52,101 nucleotides of DNA from Octopus bimaculoides (lineage: Eukaryota): contig NC_068986.1 of the NCBI RefSeq assembly GCF_001194135.2, positions 86,560,714-86,612,814 of the forward strand, in the 5' to 3' direction. The notes below the pieces were generated by a model. That model saw nothing but the letters and a program-made list of their open reading frames with translations. It ran no database searches and was not told where the DNA came from. How positions within the stretch are numbered: position 1 is the stretch's first letter; each line of letters starts with the position of its first letter. A program made the translations under genes and the position numbers. Below, one piece after another: positions 24,713 through 36,400 of the stretch.

Positions 24713-25169
24713 TCAGGTACCAATCCATGCATCCACATGTGTGTAAGCATATGCTAGGTATTCAGTCAATAAGGGCTCGTCTATGAAATTTAGTTAACTG
24801 CATGGAAAGGTCTCCTTTCATCACAACTTGGAAATTTTGAAAGACAAATTTGTTCCACTTAAATGGAACACAAAAACAAAATAAACATCTCTAAAAACAC
24901 CACCGTAACTCTAGAAAAATTATTTTAAAAGGAAACATTTTCTACCCAACAAAATCAATAATCTAACCGGGTTGTATAATAATGTATGTAATCACTCCAT
25001 CAATTTATTATTGGTGTTTACTTTATTTCAGCCGCATGTGTTAAAAGGAATGTCAAGTGATATTAGATTTAATTTATTGTTTAAATTTGTAAGTAAGTTA
25101 TACCAAGAAATCTGTCTTGGAATAATCCGAAACCGTAGTAGGTGGGTGAGTTTATGAACGATTAACATA

Positions 25170-25480
25170 CAATCTAAGATAGCAATAGAAGTATATGGGA
25201 TATGGATCGATCTAAGTGCCCGTTAGCAGAACCGTAAACATATTCTAAGAAAGAAATAAAGAAAACCGGGAAATTTCGTTCAAGACCAATATTTTGAAAA
25301 ATGGTAGACAAGACATCTTCCTGTTCATCTTTCATTACATTTTCACGGTCATGCCAATTCTTCTCCTGTGACCTTAAATTTCCCTCCTGTACAGTTGCTT
25401 CGCCCAATGCCAGTTTTAATGAAAAGTGGTGGAATATAGTTGACCGGCATGTTTATCTTTCCAGAGATAAGGGGAAAATA
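25170..25480 (-). mobile_element. Possible very old LINE RT remnant
   Basis: GKINMPVNY(frameshift)..SLKLALGE...VMKDEQ...GHLDRSISHILL loosely follows RT motifs PxNYRPISL...DEQxGF...AFDxVxH. Confidence 0.3.
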
Positions 25481-25531
25481 AGCATGACAATAATAGTTTT
25501 CGACAGAAGTAACTCTCGTCTCTGTGTGTTT

Positions 25532-25562
<31 letters not shown>

Positions 25563-26899
25563 GTTGTTAAAACTGCTGTTAATGTTGTCGCTACCGTAGT
25601 AAAATGTTTTATGGATTGGAGGCGGGACAGCTAGGAAGTATTATAAGGTTTTTGGGTGTAATGCAATGAAATACAGTGCAGTTTACTATTACCTTGTTGC
25701 GGTTGTCGGTGTCGATGTTGTTGTCTTTATTGTTGTCAGCGATGGTGGTGGTGATGATGGTATTGGTGGTTATAGTGGTAATAATGTAGTGATAGTGTTT
25801 AGCCTAAGCTTAACCTTGACCAAGCATTTCTACGATCAAAAGTTATTCCAGTTGTGGCCTTCTCTTCTGTTTTGTGATGCACAGGACTATGAATATTTAA
25901 TGCACTTATTTATTCAAAACAGTTAGGTCTTGATATGGCAAAGATCAATGCTGATGTTTCTACCAGAATGTGTGACAGTGTAGAGAGTCTGTCTCCGGTC
26001 TGTGCAATACATTAATGTGAAGATATTGCGTTTTGAAGCTTGGTCAAGTATACAGACGTTTTGTGTATGTATGTATGCATGCATGCATGCATGTATGCAT
26101 GTATGTATGTATGTATGTATTTGTGTGTGTACGTGTTAGAGCAAGAAATGACTAAGGAAGACGATAGTTAAGTGAACCTCATTAGCTTACAGCTGTTGTT
26201 GCTATAGAATGCAGTGGTCTTATAGATGAGTGCCAGGATAACATCGTATAACTTCGTCGGAGCCTCGAATATGAAGTGCAATTTATTTGGAAAAAGGCAT
26301 CACATTAGTGATGTATATAAAAAAAAGTGTATATTTAAAACTATAGGCTGTTATTCAGGAACACTGCATAGTATGGTAGAAATTGCTCTAAATTAATGCA
26401 ATTCACAACATAACCATCGCTTTCATTTGTCATCACTTTTTCTTATAACGGATCTCTATTCGTCTGACACTTCGTTCGGAAGCATACATACTTTGATTTA
26501 AACACCAGGAAATTTTTCTCGCAATGCCTAAGAAAAATGTATATATCTAAACAAAGACACACACACACATACATATACACGTATATATATACATAAATAT
26601 ACGCGAGTATATATTTACACACACACATATACACACTCACGCGCATGTATGATATATATGTATACCTATAATCCACGTGTATCTGTTCATGTATATATAC
26701 ACATACATATACATATACAAATACATATGTGTGTATGTGAGTGTGTGCATGTCTATGCGTGTGCGCGTTTATTTATATGTATATATGGGTGAGTTTGTAT
26801 GTATGATATGTGCTATTCACTCTTACTCTTCATTTTTTAGTTTATTTTTGAAGGTTTCAAGGTTCTAAAGAATAGGAAATTGTTTCTTGTGTAAAAGTT

Positions 26900-27103
26900 C
26901 ATCTTTGAATCGTTAGAAACCCTTATAACTTTCGAAGTGTTCAGATATTGCAGTCATGAGTAGCTTATGAATTAAGGAGCTATGTTGTTTCCCCACAGAT
27001 ACAAGTTTAGTTATACATTGGATCAGGCGAAGCGATATATAACCTGTAGCTCCAACGATAACAGGTATGAAGTTGCACCTGTATTTTGGATACTGGATCT
27101 GCA
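26900..27103 (-). mobile_element. 3' ORF end of an RLE-encoding non-LTR element
   Basis: LQIQYPKYRCNFIPVIVGATGYISLRLIQCITKL..VGKQHSSLIHKLLMTAIS aligns with the 12241 element (LQLLYP*YKFKFISVIIGALGY...). Confidence 0.75.
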
Positions 27104-27230
27104 AACTGCTCATTAACTTTTCAATCAGCTACATGAAACACTGAGTTAAAATTTGTGACATTTTCAGTTTCAATAGAACAATATATATTTACTCTATCTT
27201 ATGTATTTGAATGCAATTTCCTCCAACTTG

Positions 27231-27313
27231 GTTGGAACTACAGGTTATATATCGCTTCGCCTGATCCAATGCATAACTAAACTTAGATTTGTGGGGAAAC
27301 AGCATAGCTCATT
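27231..27313 (+). repeat. Inverted copy of 26974-27056 (83 bp, 76/83 identical by my count)
   Basis: GTTGGAACTACAGGTTATATATCGCTTCGCCTGATCCAATGCATAACTAAACTT...CATAGCTCATT is the reverse complement of 26974-27056. Confidence 0.9.
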
Positions 27314-27330
27314 ATATATAGACATATATA

Positions 27331-27600
27331 GAGGTCTTCAAAACAAAACTCGACGCTTTCCTCTCCACGATACCAGACGTACCAATGGCTCGAAATGAGA
27401 CACAGTTTAGGGCAGCGATGTCAAATTCTCTTATACACCAGATGTGCCATCAAAACTCTTGATTGGACTATATCAGGTGGAGGAGAAGAGCCATGCAAGG
27501 AACGTGAAGAGAGCAAAGCATAAAGACGGAAAGTCACGGTGGTGCTCCAACATGACCACAGCCACTTGGCTGAAACCCATAAATAAATAAATAAATAAAT
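27331..27600 (+). mobile_element. CR1-clade LINE 3' end (ORF2 C-terminus, 3' UTR, (ATAA)n tail)
   Basis: EVFKTKLDAFLSTIPDVP...QFRAAMSNSLIHQMCHQNS* (stop 27460-27462; FKxxLDxFL..PDxP...AAxSNSL pattern), then UTR ending GGTGCTCCAACATGACCACAGCCACTTGGCTGAAACCC(ATAA)n. Confidence 0.8.
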
Positions 27601-27844
27601 NNNNNNNNNNNNNNNNNNNNNNNNNNNNNNNNNNNNNNNNNNNNNNNNNNNNNNNNNNNNNNNNNNNNNNNNNNNNNNNNNNNNNNNNNNNNNNNNNNNN
27701 NNNNNNNNNNNNNNNNNNNNNNNNNNNNNNNNNNNNNATATATATATATATATACCATTTAATTTGATAGTGTTTCTATTAAAAGAGCTGCTTATAATTC
27801 AATAGATAATTATTTACATATATCGTGGAATTATAGGAAAGTAC

Positions 27845-27920
27845 ACTTACCCAAGTTGGGGCAAAGCTACAATGAACCCGAAACCATACTGTTTTGAAGT
27901 GAACTTCTAAAGCACAGCAA
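27845..27920 (-). mobile_element. Degenerate family M SINE head
   Basis: ACTTACCCAAG...AATGAACCCGAAACCATACTGTT...CTTCTAAAGCACAGC resembles 45280-45357. Confidence 0.45.
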
Positions 27921-28289
27921 TTTCTGCACCTTTATAAACTGATTTTGCCCACATGGATATATACATATATACACATACACACTCACAGACAGTCATTCAC
28001 ATGCACACGAATACACATGCGTATACATACATACCTACCTGCATACATAACAGTATACGCACATACACACACACACTCAACGCACACATATACAAGGTTA
28101 AATCTAAAGATTATATTTTGGGTTTTCCAATGATGATGTTTGGCTGTTTGTATATCCATATTATATCGGTAATTTGGCACAATTTGTTCAATTCTTGCTG
28201 AATTGTTTATTCTGAATTCTTTTTATTCTCTATTTTCACATATAAAATACAATCATTAATTAGTTATTCTTTATTTAGACAGCTTTGAT

Positions 28290-29078
28290 GATGAGTGGTG
28301 GAAAAGTTGCTATTAGAGTCATCTTATGCTCACCCTTGTAAACAGACTGTCGGGAAACTCCTCATGAACCTACAATGATCTGGCGCAACGACATGTGAGC
28401 AAAGCAAAACAACTGCTGGCAAATCCTCGAGTTCCCCGTTTTGGGCGTCGAAATGTCACTGCAGATGAAAATGAAGCTATTTTAGTAATCCTGAGAAGAC
28501 AAATCAGTGGCTTCGTTCCAGCCAGTTTTCAAACCTATTGTCACAGAAGGGCAATTTTAACAGAAGGTCATATTGTTTGTTACAATTTCGACGGGCTGCT
28601 GCTATTTTTGCTCAACAACTGCAGCGAGTTTATAACGCTTTGAAAGCCCACTACCTGGTATCGGTCACTTGAAGACGTGCGATCCAACAGCTTGACAATG
28701 GCCCAACACATATTGCAAATGTGATCAAGTACAAGCTTGAGTAACTTCAGGGGCTGAAAGTGCTGCTTCACCCTGTCAGCTTTCTAGACCTCACACCATC
28801 AAATTACCGCGTTTTCCGAGCCATGGCTTAATTCCTGCAGTGACGGATATTTCAACAATCTGGATGAGGCTGAAAGCGAGAGTAGGGAGATCTTTTGCCT
28901 TCTTACCGGCCAAGTGGTGTGAGCATGAAATAAGAGTTCCTGGCGCAGCGATGGCAATAGAAAACAGAATATCCCGGAATATTTTGATTAATAAATGCTT
29001 TACATATGTAACATTTCTGAACTATTAATTAAAGCTAGAAATACGAAAAAAGAGAACAACTTTTAATTCAATCTGGTA
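28290..29078 (+). mobile_element. Mariner (DD34D-type) transposon remnant, catalytic domain plus 3' end
   Basis: RNVTADEN (cf. TxDEKW), QQLQRVYNALK, QQLDNGPTH (cf. QDNARPH), HPVSFLDLTPSNYRVFRAMA (cf. HPPYSPDLAPSDYHLF); 3' end AACTTTTAATTCAATCTGG|TA resembles a mariner TIR. Confidence 0.85.
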
Positions 29079-29117
29079 TATACTATGAATTTATATATAT
29101 ATTTGAGTGTAAATATG

Positions 29118-29121
<4 letters not shown>

Positions 29122-29172
<51 letters not shown>
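29122..29172. repeat. (TG)n microsatellite
   Basis: Perfect TG tract. Confidence 0.95.
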
Positions 29173-29175
<3 letters not shown>

Positions 29176-29569
29176 TATCTATGTATATATATCCAAGCGT
29201 TCTCTAACTTACGATTGTAAAGAATGTTTTCTGGGAAACTTAGCTGTGTTTTCCTGCTGGCGTTTAAAGCACGTTAAGTATTTTTCTGTGTCCAGTTAGA
29301 CGTGTGAGTTCCATGGAAGTGTTGGTTACAGTTAGGTTAGTGTTGTCGGTAGAAGTGGTTAAAATTCGTTCATTTAACCGAAGTGGAGATGTTAGCGTGT
29401 GGGTGTGGGTGTTAGAGAGATAGATAGAGCGAAAGAGAGAGAGAACGAACGCGACAGAGAGAGAGAGAAGGGACAGACAAAAGAGGGAGGGATTGATAAT
29501 TAAAGAAGAATAAACAGTTTGATGCTGAGTTAAAACGTTAGTGGTGGTTAGAGGTGGTGTATGACGGTG

Positions 29570-29770
29570 GTGATTACTGGTACTGCGACAGTGCGAATTG
29601 ATTATACTTAGAGTAATTGTGGTGGTCTTTGAAGATGACTGTTGTGGCAGTGGCGGTACAAGAGGTGATGATGGTGGTGGTGGTGGTGGTTGTGGTCGTG
29701 GCAGCAGTGGCGGTAGTAGTGGTGGTGGTTATGGAGTTTGTGGTGGTTGAGGTGGTGTTGGTGGCCTTGA
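29570..29770. repeat. Degenerate (GTG/GGT/GTA)n low-complexity tract
   Basis: GGTGGT-rich triplets; gives the poly-H ORF 29608-29853. Confidence 0.8.
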
Positions 29771-30429
29771 TAGTGGGGCTCGAGATATGCCGGTGATATT
29801 AATGTTGTACAGTTGTCATCACGGCCATTAGACACTAAATGCCCCGCCTCCATCGGAGATTTATTTCATCCTGATAAATCTCAACTGACATTCACCTTTG
29901 TGACCCTTCAATAAGACTCATATATACAAACAAGTAAACTGATCTTACTACACACTTCCCCACAAATACACTTTCCTTTGTATCCTCATAATTCTTATTA
30001 TTCTAAACCTCCCATATTTCTTCTCCCATATCTTCCATATCTTTTGTAACCTTGTCTTTTGACCATTTACCAGCAAGGTTTTTGCTATGACCTTCTTATA
30101 TTCTTCAATACAAAGTGCAAAACACTAATTTCTTTCCAAAATGGAGTTCTGCTCCAGTATATTGGAATTTTTCACTTGAAAAGGTTTAGTAGAAGGAATA
30201 TTATTGAACTGATAGTTTTTCATGATGCTAAGCTCCATCACTATTGTTCTCAAAAAAATCAATCAATATGAGATCCTCTTCATAAAGTCGTTACTTTTCT
30301 CCTAGAAATAACAACTATTCTACTGCGCAATCTTGAGAAGAAAAAAGAATCCATCAGATAATAGAGTCTTCACTGTATCGACCAGACCATCGGATGTTAT
30401 TCTTCACCGATAGTCACGATGTGCTTCCT

Positions 30430-30688
30430 CGCCGTGTAAGTTTCAAATGATGTTACTCTACTGGCTAGGCGGACAGGCGGGACAGCGGGCAGGGGGCAAC
30501 ATTCCCATCTAAACGCGACGCCTGTCCGTTGCAAACTTATGAGATCTCAATACCTATTTACAAGTGAGTCAGACTAGAGCAATGTGAAACGAAATGTTTT
30601 GCTCAAAAACACTACGCAGCATCGTTCTGCGACTCTAAACCTCTATCTTTCGTGCACCAGAGCAACAACCTAACTACTAGGCCACGTG
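30430..30688 (-). mobile_element. tRNA-derived CORE-like SINE, diverged
   Basis: Reverse complement: CACGTGGCCTAGTAGTTAGG (A box)...GTAGTGTTTTTGAGCAAAACATTTCGTTTCACATTGCTCTAGTCTGACTCACTTGTAAATAGGTA (core). Confidence 0.6.
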
Positions 30689-31477
30689 AATTCACAATGT
30701 AATTTTCAAAACCAAAAAGGGTGGAATGGTCACCGCTGAAATGTTTTGTTTTATCAGAGTTATTGCTGCTGTGGTTTACTTCCAAATCCGCTCTGGCTGA
30801 GAAGACCTATGATCACATATTCTATCCATGGCATGGCTACCACATATTGGTTAAATACTGAATCTAAGGCCATATTTTCTTGTGTTTTCTTCTGTTCTAA
30901 GATTAGCTGGTGATATTTTAGGGAGTTGTGTCTACTATTTTTAGTGAACAGAATAAACACGTAGAGGGCCTCCCTTATTGGGTGGGCTCAATCGAAAAAA
31001 AGGCCAGATGGTTACTACACAACAACAATATCAGAACATAAGGTTTTATTGCTTTTTATGGTGTAACATCTTCTGTAACAGTTCGTTCCGTTTTCATTAG
31101 GATACAAAAAAATGAATACAATCAGTATTTCAAACTTAATTTAACGCACGCACGCATACACACATACACACACACTATTGAAGAACAGAACACACGTGAC
31201 TGAAATGTAATTAGACACAAAAACATTAGGTCACACAAACGCACGAGGAAAATCTCGATATGAAAATAAAATACGATCTCCAAAAAGTATCAATCAAATG
31301 TACTTCAAATTTCATGGCACGTTCTTGAAAAGAAAGTAGAAATTAAATATTATAGTCCTTGATGCAACACTACGTCCGAATCAAAATAAGATGGTTTATG
31401 AGGAACGCTTTTTGATCTCAAATCCCCTGTACAGTGGATCAACGAGCTAAGCAATGGCTGAATTATTTCTACAATAA

Positions 31478-31676
31478 GTTTTAAATTTTGAGGCGAGTGG
31501 CGATAGTCTATTACATTGACGGCAGTACTTGAATAGTACATATTTTATTGACCCAGTAATTATAAAAAACAAAGTCAACCACGGCGTAATTTGAACTCAG
31601 AACATAAAGACTGACAAAATGCCGCTAAGCATTTTGTCGTCCGGCTTCTGAACGATTGTGCCTGTTCGCCGCCTTA
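31478..31676 (-). mobile_element. Deu/Nin-domain SINE
   Basis: Reverse complement: AAGGCGGCGAACAGGCACAATCGTTCAG...AAAATGCTTAGCGGCATTTTGTC...TTCTGAGTTCAAATTACGCCGTGGTTGACTTTG...GGGTCAATAAAATATGTAC. Confidence 0.75.
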
Positions 31677-32071
31677 AACAATGACTATCGCTATACAACT
31701 TCAAATAGATTCACGAAACAGATTAGCATCAATGTTTATTAGCAACAATAACGCACACAATAGGTATATACATTCATCAACTACATACAGTGAATTAATA
31801 GAGAGAACGTGCACACATATATCAACTCTGCTTCTTGGTTCAGAGTAGAGGCTATACAGCGACGTCAGGTTGTAAGTGGGTTGTAAATAAGCGAGAAGGA
31901 AAACATGAGCATTCCTTCAAACGAAACTTTAATGTGCATTATGAATATTAACCATCGTTTCAGTGTCTCATATACCCATGCCTATACACCTACGCTCGCG
32001 CACGCAGAGAAATACATATGTGCACACACACACACACACACACACATGCGGACAATAACACTAGTAGAAAG

Positions 32072-32107
<36 letters not shown>

Positions 32108-32469
32108 NNNNNNNNNNNNNNNNNNNNNNNNNNNNNNNNNNNNNNNNNNNNNNNNNNNNNNNNNNNNNNNNNNNNNNNACTAAGTTCCCGCAGTTTTTTT
32201 TTATTTAATTTTTTTTAAAGTTTTAATAAATCAACTAATTAATCAATAATGTATTCTCCTTTGCTGTTTACAACTTCTTCCCAAAGTTCAATAATATTTT
32301 CAATACCTCGCTGGTAGAAATTTTAACTCAGTGTTTCTCGTAGCTGATCGAAAAATTAATGAGCAGTTTGCAGATCTATTCATTGGTAGAAATCACACGA
32401 TTTCGACTGGAAAAATTTCCTCTTTTATATCGATTTAATCGATGGCTGTTTTCTCCCATGTAGGTCTGC

Positions 32470-33780
32470 AGTCTTTAAAAAACTCTTTAGGTTCGGCCAC
32501 TTGCCAGTTTCCCACTGGATGGGGGAAGACACTCTGGAATTGCTTATTTAGTACTTGCTCTAACCTGTTGGAGTCTGCAATTAGTGAACCGTCTTCTTCA
32601 GACAGTGCCCTATCTTGGAACGCATCGATGCAGACTCTTTCGCGAAATTGTAGAAGTCTGGGATTTATTTTTATATTTAGTACTGCCCTGGTTTCTCTTT
32701 CTACCCCTTCATTTTATGGGAGTGTCTGAGTTTATATTCGATCTCTGAAAGTCTCTCTTCTAGGGGTGATTTCTCGCTGACGCGATTGGAGAACATAATT
32801 CTCTGTTTCATAAGGACTCTTCTGTCTCGAGGAATGGTATCTTTGTGTATAGCTACTCTCTTCTCTGAGACAAATTTAATGCACATGGTTCGCATTATTG
32901 ACATGAATATTTAAAGTTCCATATCAATGTCTTACATAGAGAGACTTTCAGGCCAGTTCTGCAGGATAATTCATTTCTCAATTGACTTCCAGTCAGCCTT
33001 GCAGAAGTTCAGACAAGATAGAGTTTGGGTGTCGTTTGTGAGGAATACATCGTTAATTGGTTTTGGACAATACACCGTCAGTTCTAACATGTTGTGGTTT
33101 GAGAAGATCGTCGGCGTTAACTTCACGTTGTGGATAAGAGCTACATTGTTGGCGAAACAGAGTTCTATCATATCATTTCTGGTTGGGGAGAGTATTGTTT
33201 GCTCCACAAAAGCATTTTGGTGAGGTCAAGTAAAGATTCTGCCTGGTTACGCTCTTTGCATGTCATTCCTGAGATAATGTGGCAATCCGGTCACTTGATC
33301 TTGGGAAGGTTGAAGTCACCTATCAGAAGTATATTAACACTTCGATCCAGTTTTGTTATTACATATTATATCATCATTGTAAGACATTCTTTAAATTTAC
33401 CATCATAATTTGAGACATCAGGTGGGCGATACAGTGTTGCATATTACGGCATGAAGTTGCATTAAATGCACTATAAGAGTGTCACAGACCGAGTCTGAGT
33501 GTAATAAGAGGGTTAATGCTGTGACTTTCTCCCCTTCTGTCTATACGGAACGCAGCATATATTGGCATGTGTATCTCTGCGTCATTTATATCTGCAGAGA
33601 GATCCCTCAAGTATGCAATATTTTGATTGCTGTTACTTTGTAGGAAGCTTCTAATATTTATTAAACGTATTTCTGGGATTGCTGGCTTTGCTGCAATGGT
33701 GTCCATCCTGGGCCCGTTATTTCTGTTGCTTTTGCGTGTGAGTGTGCGTGGCTTACTTGGGTTTGCAAGCATACCAGCTG
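32470..33780 (-). mobile_element. CR1-clade LINE ORF2 5' portion (APE endonuclease plus linker), decayed
   Basis: RLINIRSF...INDAEIHMPIYAAFRIDR; YRPPD; IGDFNLPKIK*; SPTRNDMIELCFANN..LIHNV...FSNHNMLE; LNFCKADWKSIEK; NIKINPR-FYNFAKE...SKIG..SEEDGSL...LNKQFQSVF. Confidence 0.88.
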
Positions 33781-33899
33781 TATCACCATCTTTCCACCTA
33801 TATATTTAGTTACCACGTCCAACAGACGTATCTATTTATCCAGTTGACATGCGTATGTGTACTTTTATGACAGCATACCTAGATAGATACACACACAAG

Positions 33900-33915
33900 T
33901 ACGCGTGCGCGCACG

Positions 33916-33947
<32 letters not shown>

Positions 33948-33973
33948 CATGTATACACACACACACACACACA

Positions 33974-34021
<48 letters not shown>
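33900..34021. repeat. (CG/CA)(TA)(CA)(TA)n compound microsatellite
   Basis: Visible tandem units. Confidence 0.9.
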
Positions 34022-34025
<4 letters not shown>

Positions 34026-34393
34026 CGTATACATAAATTTATATTCAGGGATATATTCATTTCAGTTTTCAGATATACTTTTATAGCCCCTTCATATTAA
34101 AATGTTACTTATGTGACTATATACTTCAATCAACACATATAAATGGATGCATATGTGTATAAGTTAGTGTGTCTATGTACATATGGTTTCAATGTACATA
34201 TAATTATACATTATGCATGCAACACACTAAAGACAACTACAAACATGGCTGCCAAGTTGTCTGGATGGTCTTACATTACCTATGTGTGCATAAAATTAGA
34301 CATTTATTTATGCGACAATACAATGATGTGTGTGTGTGTGTGTGTATGTGTGCGTGCGTGCGTGCATACACACATATGTAGATATATATTTAC

Positions 34394-34424
<31 letters not shown>

Positions 34425-34718
34425 TATGCATGTACGTATATGTATAATCAAACGTACATAAAAAGAATTAATCTGAAAAATTCCCAGAAATTCTTCTGCG
34501 TGAAGAATCCATAGTTAAGTGCAAGTTCATACACTTGCTTTTACTGGCTTCAAATTGTCATTAACGCTAATTACTTTTCCCTCATTAGGGTTGCTATTTC
34601 AATTAACTATAAATTATTTTCAGCTCACTACGTTACTAATATGTATATATGTGCTTGCGTGTGTTCTTAGATATCTGTATACATATACACAAATATGTAT
34701 ACACACACGTATTAACCG

Positions 34719-34763
<45 letters not shown>

Positions 34764-35489
34764 CACACATGTATTAATGATTGAATGTATACATGCATGC
34801 ATATATGTGTGTGTATACATACACACACATAAGATTGTGTATGTATATGTCTGGTTTTGTATGTACGTATGATCATGTTTGCATTCTGTTTTAAATTTAT
34901 ATTTAAATCCATTGCAGCCTATAATTATAATCTTATATATATCTCCACCCCCACCTCACTTATGGCACGGAACCTTATTGCCAGATTAATAGTGTCTTAA
35001 TTAGATTTCTACGGACATAAAAGTTTAAGCCGCTTTGTGAAATAAAGGAAAGAAAATAATATGACAATGTAGGCGTCGGGTGTGAGACTGTATTTCGCTA
35101 AGACCTCACATGTCGGCATCTATTAAATATTTTCCATTATTACATCATGTATGCTAATAATATTTCACCAATTCCCACTTCCTCACCTTCTCTACGTCCT
35201 CACCCTTTCCTCACATTCTCCACACTCTTTTTCTCCCTCACTTTCTCTTTCCCACTCTCTCTCTCTATTATTCCATCTATCTCTTGTTCTTACTTTTTCT
35301 TAAATATTGTCGGCTGTCCTACTATTCGCTTGTCTTTTGTAACTCCACTTCCACCAGTCTGCGTAATTTGTGTCATTCCAGGTGAGGTGAAAGTAATTTG
35401 GTAAAAGTGCATATTTGGCTGTGAGGGATTACATATATACATATATTTGTTTGCACGCGAGTGTGTGTGCACATATAAATATGTATATA

Positions 35490-35644
35490 TGTCGTCGGAC
35501 AGTCTTGTTTAGACGAACGGGCCATGAAACTGAGTGACAATATTTGTGATTTTTTTGCTGCTTTTTAATAAAGTATATTACCCTACTTCTGGTATTCGAG
35601 TAATATTTTTTCTACCTTGTTTCGCATTTACGTGCTTACTCTGA

Positions 35645-35677
<33 letters not shown>

Positions 35678-35680
35678 GAG
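35490..35680 (+). repeat. Probable retroelement 3' UTR ending in (TA)n, unclassified
   Basis: AATAAA at ~35567, T-rich UTR-like tract, then (TA)n; resembles a dispersed repeat I recall from octopus DNA but cannot verify here. Confidence 0.3.
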
Positions 35681-36000
35681 AAGGGATGATCACTAAGTGG
35701 ACATCGTTTACGCTAGAGATAGACCATCTACGGTCAAAGCACAAAAGAAAAAAAATGTTCTCTAGGGAATTTCAGCGTACACCAGAGCAGGAACGGGCAA
35801 GACAAATAAAAATATACAAGGTAAAGAATTACTCGTAGACCAGGTTTCGCACATTAATGGATTAATGTAATTTTTACTTACATAATCCATCAATGGCTTA
35901 TTAGTACGACCATTCAGTTCAATATAATTTGCAGAACAATACACGAATTGTCCAACATTTTACTGATTACATTGGAGTTATTTTCAAAAGTCCCAGGTAG

Positions 36001-36219
36001 AGGCATTGAGCTGGCAGAAACGTTAGCACACCGGGCGAAATGCTTAGCGGTATTTCGTCTGCTGCTACTTTCTGAGTTCAAATTCCGCCGAGGTCGACTT
36101 TGTCTTTCATCCTTTTGGGGTCGATACATTAAGTACCAGTTACGCACTGGGGTCGATGTGTTCGACTTAATCCCTTGTTTGTCCCCTCTATGTTTAGCCC
36201 CTTGAGGGCAGTAAAGAAA
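36001..36219 (+). mobile_element. Deu/Nin-domain SINE, near-complete young copy
   Basis: A-box-like TGGCAGAAACGTTAG, B-box GAGTTCAAATTCC, then GAGGTCGACTTTGTCTTTCATCCTTTTGGGGTCGATACATTAAGTACCAG (cf. DeuSINE/Nin core GACTCAGCCTTCCATCCTTCCGAGGTCGGTAAAATGAGTACC); tail TTTAGCCCCTTGAGGGCAGTAAAGAAA. Confidence 0.85.
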
Positions 36220-36269
36220 GAAGATAGATAGATATAGAGATAGACAGATATTAAGTCATCTCAGTCTGG

Positions 36270-36400
36270 ATTAAGGACCTAGGATTGTAACAGCCTGTGT
36301 TTTAAGGCACCGCATCTATTCAACATTCTGCCAAACAACTTCAGAGAACATCTGCACAAATCTATATCTGAGATACTAGATGAATTCCTTTTTGCAATGA
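36270..36400 (+). mobile_element. CR1-clade LINE ORF2 C-terminal fragment
   Basis: DCNSLCFKAPHLFNILPNNFREHLHKSISEILDEFL (cf. NSLxxxGPxLFNxLP...LDxFL). Confidence 0.65.

Noticed and set aside
29900-30330. Possible RTE RT remnant on the minus strand (FYEEDLILI, LLVNGQKTRL)
   Set aside because: Too degenerate to support as a feature.
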